Source: Perkinsela sp. CCAP 1560/9 (Eukaryota > Protista > Euglenozoa: Kinetoplastea). Taken from it: a DNA stretch of 64,000 nt. The stretch covers positions 1,178,001 to 1,242,000 of the forward strand of contig CBFFSA010000003.1 in assembly GCA_965644495.1 (NCBI GenBank), given 5' to 3'. A program made the position numbers and the translations under genes. Below are positions 19,397-28,183 of this stretch, in pieces. The notes beneath the pieces were generated by a model. That model was not told the DNA's origin and made no database searches. It was given only the letters and a program-made list of their open reading frames with translations. Every line of letters starts with the position of its first letter. Within the stretch, counting starts at the first letter, position 1.

Positions 19397-21688
19397 CTAT
19401 TTCGAATCCAGTATCTTCTGATTCGCTTTCCATTGAGAATACATAGTCCGGCTTGTCAACATTCCCACGAATGAAAACCTGCTCCGCGATGACTTGCGAA
19501 GAGAGCGAAGCTTGTCGTGAGTTATACATATGCCCGAGGACTGAACCAAGAGTCGCACTTGGTGACTAGTGGAGGTGTCCATATGTAATGCTGCGCCCCA
19601 AGAAAAACTTGGGGGAACATGTCGCGTCCCACGCTCATCCACCAATCATTTTCGTTTACATGCTGAAGCGGATCCCACCCATAGTCAGTGCAGCTCGCAT
19701 AATCATTCCACTCGTCCTCCGATATTGAAAAAATCGTGTTGCAATGAGAAGAGCTAGTAACAAACAAGTTATTCGCCAAGTCAACCAAAATTGGTGGACA
19801 GTTACATGGAGGTGCAAATTGAACAATCCACTTAGGACTAAACCACATAACATGCTTCCAAAAATTCATATTATGATTTTTTTCTAACCGTCGTTGATGG
19901 TGTCTTAGAGCATCATTCATACCTTCCGGAGCTTCCTCCATCTGCCCATACTCAAACAACCGTTCCAACGTTGGAGCAACATGTGTCGCCATGGGATATC
20001 CGACAAGATCCGAAAATTTCATCAGACTTTCATGAAGAATGCGACAGTCTTCTAAAAAGGATTCGCTCTGCTTCTGCAATGTGAGAGCTCCGTATCTGTT
20101 TAAGAGTTTTTCGAGGCGAAGCATGGACTTTGAAGCTCGCTTGCCCTTCCCACATTCAGCGACAACATAGGCTTCAACTAATTTCATGTATTTTTAGACA
20201 AGAAATCCATGCACGTAAATTTGTCCACGCACCATCTTGTTACGCCTCCCAGCTTCGGAGTCACCACAACCCGAGTTGCTCTCACCTTTTCGATAGCCTT
20301 CAATATGAGAGGAGTGTGCTTTTCAAACAATCGGTGTTTTGCATCAAACGTTCGAACCTCGTCAAGCTTGGAACACAATTCTTCAATTTCGATAGGAACC
20401 ACGCTATTTAGTTTGTTCAAGCAGCACATCAGCTGCGACTCTAAATTCAGGAGCCAAGCGGTAGGATAATTGGTCAAAGTCAAGCATTATTTCACACTTT
20501 CAGAAAAATCTCATATTGACTGGTCATATTGACTTTTATAAAATTTATAGCACCTTAAACCTCTCTTCGAGTTATCTTAAACGCTAGCTTAAACTTATTC
20601 TAGAACGATTTCCACGTTCTCGCAATACCACTTCACGTCTTGAAACAGGCGACGGAGGGCATGACCGTCTTGTTCTCCTCTTTTCAGCTTGCCGTTTACA
20701 ACTTCTCCGGCGAACTTCAACCGGTTGTCTCGCGCTTCTACTCCACTACCAAGTGTGCCGTTGCCCTGCATGCGGACTTCTTTTTTCAACATTCCGTTCA
20801 TGCGCTCAGCAGTCTGAGTGTGCACCCCGGTGACAGGATCAACCCAGTGACGGCGATGGTTTACTGTTCCATAGTTGAGTCTGTTGCCCAAGGCATTGCT
20901 GCCTCTCCATCCATCCGTGTGAACAATGGTACGTTCGCTTGCGGCCAGTTCAAACACAGGGTCATTAGTCGAGGAACTACGGCGGTCTTCCAGCGTGCTT
21001 ACAAATATCTGCCCAGCTTTCCGAGAACGAGAGGTCTGTGTCAGGACGTTTGCCCAGGTTGATCCCCCCTGGCGAATGCGGGCTGGTCGGTTATTACCCC
21101 CCTTTTTTGGCTTAGAAAAGCAAGTTTCGTCCTTCTGCATGATAGTAACAGTGCCTCGTGCAGCCGCAGTTCGCATTTCATGAACGGAAGCAACAATACG
21201 CCAAGTGGTCTTCGTACGACTTTAATGTACTTTTGCATACGTTATTAAGCATATGCCCAATACATGATAAAAGTGTGATGCAAGGAACGTGTATTGAAAT
21301 ACCACGCGCTAAGGCTTCCTCGTCGTCCCGTCCAACCGGTGAAATTTTGTCATATAAACTTTGAGGAATCCCTCGCAGTGACCACGCGCAACATGGTTTA
21401 CCGCACTGCCATCCACCATCAAAAATTTCAAATTGAGCACACGGCTTTCTCCAAGACTGTTTTTTAAAGATTGTATAAGTTGAGCACTCATCGTAAGCCC
21501 ATCGTAGGCTCGATGTTTGGGAGAATACAATGGTGGTAGGACGTACTCTTTTTCACGTACGTAGAGCACACTAATTATTACGTGCTCCGATTTTACCCTG
21601 TCAATCCCTGTGTCGACAGCTATTCCGTATTTGACAGGGAGATAAAATGAATTCAGTAGTATGCTTCGATAAATATTTTTTTATACAT
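19397..21688 (-). pseudogene. Decayed hAT-superfamily transposase, interrupted by a Merlin fragment
   Basis: Ordered motifs across frameshifted pieces: YGIAVDTGID (D1, 21612-14), LMVDGSAVN (D2), CIGHMLNNVCK (CxxH, 21253-64), PKLGGVTRW (20232-40), DWW...FPQVFLGAQHYIWTPP...CDSWFS (dimerisation domain). Confidence 0.8.
20522..21200 (-). mobile_element. 5'-deleted Merlin (ISXO2/IS1595-like) element nested in the hAT; transposase fragment 20595..21176
   Basis: QKDETCFS..K, VHTDG, VNH...WVDP.TGVHTQTAER; homologous to 38881..39840; putative TIR end GGTCATATTGAC at 20522; upstream boundary approximate. Confidence 0.85.
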
Positions 21689-21862
21689 ATCATAATTTTT
21701 TTTACAATTACATATTACAATTTTTTTATATGTACATTTTTTTGTATGTACTAAGTGTGAATGAGTGTGATACAAGTAAAAAACAGTGCAAAACACTTAA
21801 CAGAGCTTTGAGAGTTGATTCGAGATCATGGTTTCATTTTAGTAGTCGTAAAGACATGTGAG

Positions 21863-21950
21863 CCTTAGCCGAGTACAGCGAGTATGTACTCGTGTACGGC
21901 GAGTACAAGCGAGTACGTACTCGGTACGTACTCGCTGTACTCGGTTAAGG
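21863..21950. repeat. 88-bp fold-back element built of CGAGTAC/GTACTCG units
   Basis: CCTTAGCCGAGTACAGCGAGTA ... TACTCGCTGTACTCGGTTAAGG (21/22 inverted match). Confidence 0.85.
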
Positions 21951-22192
21951 TATGTCCCACGGCGCTTCGCGCCGCGGGTTCTCCGTGGCAATGATACGGG
22001 CGCTTAAAAGATTATCCGCTGAGTAAGCGAGTCCGTAGAGCAGCCCGACCTACGGTTGTTGGAAATTTTATGACTTTTTGTTCCGTGCAAAAATCGCTTC
22101 GCGAAAAGTGTGTACAAAGACATTCGCCTTAGAAAAAGGAAATCATAAACGTACCAGAATTGGGGGAACTCATAAACAGGGGGGGTATAGTA

Positions 22193-23050
22193 ATTTATCC
22201 CCCCCCTATTTAGTGTTTAGTAGAATTGGGCAAAATTAAACACTAAGTAGGGGAGAGGAAAGACCAATGAAAAAGACGTGAAAAATTGATAAAAAATGAA
22301 AAAAATGAACGATTCTTGAACGATTGATGCCGAAACTACTCTCGAAAACTTTCGAAACGAACCAGCTGATGGTTCACCTACAACTACCTTGTTTTTTGCC
22401 TCTCGTTTATTAATTTAGTGAAACGTTTTTGATTCTGACACTCCGCGCGAGCGTTTGCATTGTCTTCCTTAAATAATTGTACTTTGAGTTCTAATTCTGT
22501 TCTCCGCGCTTCGGCCTCCATGAAATCCCCCACACTCTTAGCTCAACGCTTTTCAAGACTTCTAACCTTTCGTTTAGTCTTGCAGAGTTTGTTACGCAGC
22601 CTCTTGATAAATTGCATTCTTGGCATTGATTTGTTTCTCCAAGGACTTCAGTTGTTCGTCACTTGGACCTGAAATTAATTGTGGAACGGGTGCTTCCTTT
22701 TCAGGGGACAAAGAGTCAAGGCTGGTATCGTCATCAGCTCCGCACGATACATCGGAGTTAAGACCCTTTATTTCCCCTACCGCTTCTAAAGGCTTTGCGT
22801 CTAACCCAAGCGACAATGGTCCATTTCCTTGCGCTTCGGCACTATTTTTCCGGTGTTCTCTGGTAATCTGAGTATGCCTGAAAAACAATTAACTAAAAAC
22901 AAGTCTCGCAGCTCTTTCAAGGTTGGTCCCAGTTTTCGTAAAAGGGGTTGTACAAAAAAATTCGCGGCCCCAATTTCTACGAAGCTTTGAAATTAGACAC
23001 TAAATAGGGCGGGCAAGGTACTAAATAGTAAATAGGGGGGGGCGGTAATA
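22193..23050 (-). mobile_element. Degenerate non-autonomous TIR element (C-run/TATTTA termini) carrying a broken coiled-coil ORF
   Basis: C8-TATTTAGTGTTT at 22199 with inverted copy at 22238; two copies in right-TIR orientation at 22997-23014 and 23020-23042; ORF fragment 22592..22888; exact ends uncertain. Confidence 0.55.
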
Positions 23051-23120
23051 TAAATAAATTTTAATTTATAAATTCTTATTTTCGTTGTAATTTTTATACT
23101 CTTTTAGATACTTTTTATAC

Positions 23121-23162
23121 TTTTTAGATCTACTCGACACTTGAGTTGAGTAGATCTAAAAA
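23121..23162. repeat. Inverted repeat/hairpin
   Basis: TTTTTAGATCTACTCGAC-6nt-GTTGAGTAGATCTAAAAA (17/18). Confidence 0.85.
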
Positions 23163-23617
23163 ACTATAAAATTGAGCATTGAAAAATAGCGCAGCATTGC
23201 AGGAAGTATAAAAAGTCTGGGTCAAGTGACATAAAGATGTACCCCAAAAAAGGTATTTTTTAGGTACTGGTTTTCAATACCCCATGTATGCCAAATGGTC
23301 AAATAATAGATTTTAAGATATTGCACGCCATTAGTCGTCGTCAGGGGGAACGCTGCCCAGGATTAATAAAGTTCAATCGGCGCTTGCTCCCATCTGCCAA
23401 TCATTCTAACAAATTTTATAACAAAATCTGCCCCGAGGTGCAGTGAAGTGAAGTATACCGGGTTCTTGAAAACGCTGCCCCCCTCAGGAGGTTGTGCCTC
23501 CTTTGGCAAGTTGCCATCTTCTCTCAAGGGTGACACGCTAGGCTCCTCACCGGCGGTTTAGTGAGAAAATTTTCATTGAGCTCATAGTTCAAATAATAAT
23601 TTATGGGTCATACTAAT

Positions 23618-23768
23618 CAGGGGCTGCGGGTGAGGCCCAGGGCGAGATCACGTGAGATCACGCGAGATCAGTGAGATGACGCGAGATCTTTCGCGAGCGG
23701 ATTTGGCTCGGGAGGGTGGTTCGACGACCTCAAAAAGAGATCGCGTGAGATCATACTCGCAGCCCCTC
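23618..23768. mobile_element. ~150-bp hAT-like MITE
   Basis: TIR AGGGGCTGCGGGT ... ACTCGCAGCCCCT (12/13), left end CAGGGG; about seven internal GAGAT(C) repeats; no TSD visible. Confidence 0.6.
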
Positions 23769-23770
23769 AA

Positions 23771-23845
23771 ATGTAAAGTGGATCGGACAAATCTAAAGCG
23801 GGTCGAATCTAAGGTGGTTCAAAAATCTAAGGTGGTTCATCTAAG
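23771..23845. repeat. Degenerate tandem repeat (AATCTAAGGTGGTTC-like)
   Basis: Two exact copies plus degenerate flanking copies. Confidence 0.6.
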
Positions 23846-23933
23846 CTGTATCGAATTTCTGACTGAATGAAAGACATGGCACGAGTAAAAATCTGTCTCG
23901 GGGGCAATCGCGTGTTTTACACTGGGTCGTATA

Positions 23934-24887
23934 TTAAGCCTGATTATGAAAAGTCGTTCTCAATTTTTGAAAGATGGACATTGTAAGGGCGGCATTCGGA
24001 GCCGAAAATAACACCCGAGCATACCAGCCGCGATATAATCTTTTGAATCCTTCTTCATGCATCACTGATAGAAGGGCATTGAAAATTCCTGAATATTTGA
24101 ACTTAAACTGTTGTGAAAGTACCACTTGTCCGCGGCCATCTAGAAGATGGGTTCTCTGAATTTGTAGCCGAATCTTGATAACATCCAAAGGACAAGTGAT
24201 TCCCGATGCTAAAGCATTCGCTACCAAAGCACTTCTCATGTTTGATGCAAAGCTCTTACACGGGTCATCATTCGCGTTAAAAAGGGTTTGCAACGTCTCG
24301 TAAAATGCAAAATAAAGAGCTGAAGTTGGTGCGTAGCAAAGTAAAGTTGACCAATATCCTCTATAAAGACCGACGATGCCCTCTGCCTTGATGCACGTAC
24401 AGAGAGCGTTCCACGAGCTCCGGTAGCCGTATTTCGTGTCGCGTGTTTGACACTGTAGCCTTTCCTTAAGAACATCAACAGGTACCCATAATACACAACT
24501 AATCGCTTCAGCAAAACATCCGCTTGCGAGTGAGATCGCAAGGGCGTTGGCATAATGTGTCTGGTATACAGACCGGGATGATTGTAGACTACAATCAGTA
24601 TGTGAATACTCCAAAAGAGTTCGACGGCATATTTCGTAGGTTGACAAGTACAAGCATACACCCGGAGCACTCCCACAAGCTGCGATACCAAAGCCACGGT
24701 AAAAGCCCTTCAAGCCTTCCTCTTGCCAGAGTCTATGTATCATTTGAGATAATGTAAACGAAGAAACTTGGCATGACATACTTCGCGCTTTAATTGTATC
24801 GAACGGATGAAGAGGAATCACGGCTAATATACCGGATAACGCGGAGGCAACGACATCGGAACTGAAAGATACTTCGTTGTTATTCAT
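23934..24887 (-). CDS. Mitochondrial carrier (SLC25) protein
   Basis: Three Px[DE]xx[KR]x[RK] signatures: PFDTIKAR, PVDVLKER, PLDVIKIR; EG..GFYRG repeats. Confidence 0.95.
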   Translation of the reverse strand: MNNNEVSFSSDVVASALSGILAVIPLHPFDTIKARSMSCQVSSFTLSQMIHRLWQEEGLKGFYRGFGIAACGSAPGVCLYLSTYEICRRTLLEYSHTDCSLQSSRSVYQTHYANALAISLASGCFAEAISCVLWVPVDVLKERLQCQTRDTKYGYRSSWNALCTCIKAEGIVGLYRGYWSTLLCYAPTSALYFAFYETLQTLFNANDDPCKSFASNMRSALVANALASGITCPLDVIKIRLQIQRTHLLDGRGQVVLSQQFKFKYSGIFNALLSVMHEEGFKRLYRGWYARVLFSAPNAALTMSIFQKLRTTFHNQA

Positions 24888-24916
24888 GGTGCAGCCGCGA
24901 GATCTCTGTCTTGTAT

Positions 24917-24959
24917 TCCAACGTTACTCGGAGTAACGTTGGATGGGAGTAACTCCCAT
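24917..24959. repeat. Two back-to-back perfect palindromes
   Basis: TCCAACGTTACTC-G-GAGTAACGTTGGA and ATGGGAGT-A-ACTCCCAT. Confidence 0.9.
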
Positions 24960-25192
24960 ATGTATGAGCTTCGTTTATAGTATGATGAGTTGTGTTGTAG
25001 CACTTTTAGCGGGAACTTGTTTCCCCGTCATTCATTTTCAATATCAGAAAAGTATCAACAAAAACATGGGAGTTGAAAAAATCACTACGACTGCGTTGTA
25101 CGCCCTTAACTAAAGAAAACAAGTGCGATATGCAGAGAAACGCAAGAAAGAAAAACGAATAAAAAAATAGTTCGAATAGAAAGAATTTGACG

Positions 25193-26413
25193 CTAAGCAG
25201 GCCCGTTCTCGACTCTGGGAGGTGGCGGCAAACACGCAGAGGTGGAGAGTCCTTCAGTAAGCTTCCACGCACAGACTGCAGCCGCAACCTTCACTCGTAC
25301 GTCAGACTCGCGAATATCATGAAAACCTTTGACCGAGCCCTGTTGCTTCGTGTTAAAATTCTCCTCCAAGTGACTAAGTCGCAACATTTCATTAGTTGAA
25401 AGAAGTGAGCCGTTCGTAAACAGCACCGCAAGAGGGAGGATCAAAGATGCGGTATATTGCACCAGAATACAAAGAGAAACTGCCTGAAATGGATTAAGAT
25501 CCAGTTCACGCAACACGCCTTGCACCTTAGACATAGTCTCTGGCGAAATATTCGGATACCGCAGCTTTTCAACCCGAGGGAGGGTAGCGACTTCAAAGGT
25601 GCGTTCAAACCAGTCATGAATCGGTGCGAAACAGCGATCTTGCTCTTCTTCTAATGGAGAGCACCTAAAAAATGTGTTGTCGCTGCGTAGGAAGCCGGCA
25701 ATATAGTCCACACGTGGGGCTATCCCACCGGGTCCGACATGATACATTGCAGCGGAGGCTATGTCCGTCAGAGGCATCAATGTTTTGTCCAACATGTCTT
25801 GCTGAGTAGCCCACTCTCGAGCAACTGCAAAGGCGTAATCCTTTGTCGGTAGCAATAAATTTACTTTCGGAGTTGTCTCAAATGCCTTAACAAAGCGACC
25901 ATCCACCTGTACACCATGAAAAGAACTGCTATGATTCCCTAGCTCTTCCTGAGATGTATTTTTGTGAGCGATAGGAACAACGGAGACCGATTTCCAAAAG
26001 ATTTTTGCGGCAACTCCACCTGACTGAGTACTATCCTTCGTGGAAATATCCATTTGAAACAGATTGTCTTGGTTGAGTATGCGCTCTTCTCTTTCCGTCC
26101 GTTGAAGCGTCTCGCGTTCCACTTTGCTGAATTGTTGGGGTGTAAGCTTTGACAAAATATCTGGGAAAACCGCTTGTGAATTCGTACTACCCGCTTCTGT
26201 CACTTGCGGCACTGCTTTTAGACCGTTTCTAATCTTTTCTGCTGCGGCAAGTATATTCGTAGCTCGTGTGGGGGAACTTTTTTCAGAGGCTGGAGACACT
26301 GGTGAAATACTGGATTTCGTCGTACAATACGGTCGCAGAATATGACAATAATCGTATTTTACAGGTGCAAGGGTAGACAAACACCTTAAGGGCTTGGTCG
26401 AATAAAATTTCAT
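25193..26413 (-). CDS. ATP12: Mitochondrial F1-ATPase assembly factor ATP12 (ATPAF2)
   Basis: KIFWKSVSV, VQVDGRFVK, AVAREW..Q.....TLMPLT, PIHDWF, LSHLEENF; transit-peptide-like N-terminus. Confidence 0.85.
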   Translation of the reverse strand: MKFYSTKPLRCLSTLAPVKYDYCHILRPYCTTKSSISPVSPASEKSSPTRATNILAAAEKIRNGLKAVPQVTEAGSTNSQAVFPDILSKLTPQQFSKVERETLQRTEREERILNQDNLFQMDISTKDSTQSGGVAAKIFWKSVSVVPIAHKNTSQEELGNHSSSFHGVQVDGRFVKAFETTPKVNLLLPTKDYAFAVAREWATQQDMLDKTLMPLTDIASAAMYHVGPGGIAPRVDYIAGFLRSDNTFFRCSPLEEEQDRCFAPIHDWFERTFEVATLPRVEKLRYPNISPETMSKVQGVLRELDLNPFQAVSLCILVQYTASLILPLAVLFTNGSLLSTNEMLRLSHLEENFNTKQQGSVKGFHDIRESDVRVKVAAAVCAWKLTEGLSTSACLPPPPRVENGPA

Positions 26414-26730
26414 GGCAAAGAGTTCGGTAAAGTAAAAGGAAATAGCTACATTTCTTAAATTCTTCTCTTAAGGCGTGACCAAATACAGATTCTTTCAAAC
26501 TCCAATTATTCAACCAATAAGAACTCTAAATATTGCTTGACAAGTCTGAGACAACGTTTCGTCAATCTTAAACTTACATGCAAATTTCCCGTGCAAACCG
26601 AGCAAATTATTTCTGTTTTTGCTTCATGCGATTGCTGATGCACTTTCATAAGCATTTTAATGCCTTCAATAACTTACTAAAGACAAGAAAGAACAGAGCA
26701 CAGGTGTTGTCTATCTGATAGACTGCGACT

Positions 26731-27969
26731 TGTACAATCCTTGTACAATAAGACACCACTTTTCGAAACCATACATCGCGTAAGTCGTGCCCGCCTGGTT
26801 GGACATCAAATTCGACACTCTTCTATTTACGTGGAGCTCATCAAATGGAACTTTCGTTCAAAAGCTAGGCGCCCGTCTCCTGCCGAAGCGTGCGCTCAAG
26901 ACCTTGGTATAGAGATGGAAGAAATGTTTGCTTACGCTTTTGACAGGGAGCATTGGCGGAAATTACAGCAAATTTGAAAATTTTCAAGAGTCCTTAGAAC
27001 CTAGTGTATCCCTGGTGGGGGTCAAGAACCCAAAATGGAAAACGACACAAGCTAGACTATGTAAAGACCCAGATTCCAGTAAGCTTCAATTTGTGGAAGA
27101 AGGTGAAAAACTCTTTCCAATTAGGCCTGAGGAGTTGCATGTATATGTCGATGCATCGATTCCGGATCGGAGTATTGCTTCGAGGAGTCCAGCCGTCGGA
27201 TGCGTTACTTTACAAGGAAGTCACAATGAATCATATACATGTATGCTATCGGCCGCAGAGACAAACTCACCGGAGCGAGCTGAAGTGCATGCTATTCTTG
27301 TTGGCCTCAGTCATATAAATACCTCTAAACATGTCAGCATACACACGGACTCCTACTACGTGTGGGATTTTGTGCACATTCGTCAAAAAAGGGAGAGACT
27401 TGTTGGGTACGATGGGTCAAACTCAGATCTGCTGCAATTTCTTGACTCTTGCTTACGATCATTGAAAAACAATGGAATTACAATCAATATTATTAAGGTT
27501 CGAGCACACTGCGGTAATAAGTGGAATTCTGAAGCGGACTCTTTATCAAGAAAACATACTGAAAATGAGCCACGTGTCAAGAGAATTAAACCGAATACTC
27601 AGGGGAAAATAGTGCTATTTTCTGAATATTCATGGATCAGGGGCCTAAAGATTATGATGGAACAACCGAATTGCACCATTCCAGAAAGAACTTGCTTATC
27701 CCGGAAACGGAAAACAAAGCTGATCGACGAGGCGCATTCTATTGCGGTAGAATCCCTAAATCAGAAAAAATCGAGATCGACGGATTCGCAGGAAAAGAAG
27801 AATTTTGCAAGACGTAGAGCGACAAAATCGTAAGTCGCAGAAGAATAATTGTGAAAGGGTCCTTGAGTTTAAGTGAAAGTATAGTGACTTTTTGGGGAGA
27901 ATAGAGAGTTTACCAATTGGTAGACAATAATGTATTATCTGCCAATGTTTATGTATGTATGTATGTATG
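26731..27969 (+). mobile_element. 5'-truncated non-LTR retrotransposon (RTE-like C-terminus plus RNase H), (TATG)5 tail
   Basis: 12-bp TSD TAGACTGCGACT at 26719-26730 and 27970-27981; tail 27950-27969; RARLVGHQIRH...W...RP...DL...AFDREHWR followed after one frameshift by RNase H. Confidence 0.88.
26928..27833 (+). CDS. RNase HI domain of the LINE (C-terminal piece of a frameshifted ORF)
   Basis: VYVDAS, NSPERAEVHAI, IHTDS, KVRAHCGNKWNSEADSLS: D-E-D-H-D residues intact. Confidence 0.8.
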   Translation: MLTLLTGSIGGNYSKFENFQESLEPSVSLVGVKNPKWKTTQARLCKDPDSSKLQFVEEGEKLFPIRPEELHVYVDASIPDRSIASRSPAVGCVTLQGSHNESYTCMLSAAETNSPERAEVHAILVGLSHINTSKHVSIHTDSYYVWDFVHIRQKRERLVGYDGSNSDLLQFLDSCLRSLKNNGITINIIKVRAHCGNKWNSEADSLSRKHTENEPRVKRIKPNTQGKIVLFSEYSWIRGLKIMMEQPNCTIPERTCLSRKRKTKLIDEAHSIAVESLNQKKSRSTDSQEKKNFARRRATKS

Positions 27970-28183
27970 TAGACTGCGACTACATATTGGCGAAACAGTG
28001 AGAAAACACAACAGTGCGAGTGACATACATACATGGTAGCTAAATATGAAAAATATCATACTTGAGAATCTCGTGTGAGAAAAACGGTGAAGCCCTGATC
28101 TCCTATCTCCAGTCCTCCTATCCAATGGCACAGCGTTATCCGGGGGGCCTTCCTCCGAGACCCCTTTACATCGACCGTGAAAT

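Noticed and set aside
21590-21648. Inverted repeat as hAT terminus
   Set aside because: It lies within the reading frame encoding the first catalytic Asp; true hAT TIRs and TSD were not found.
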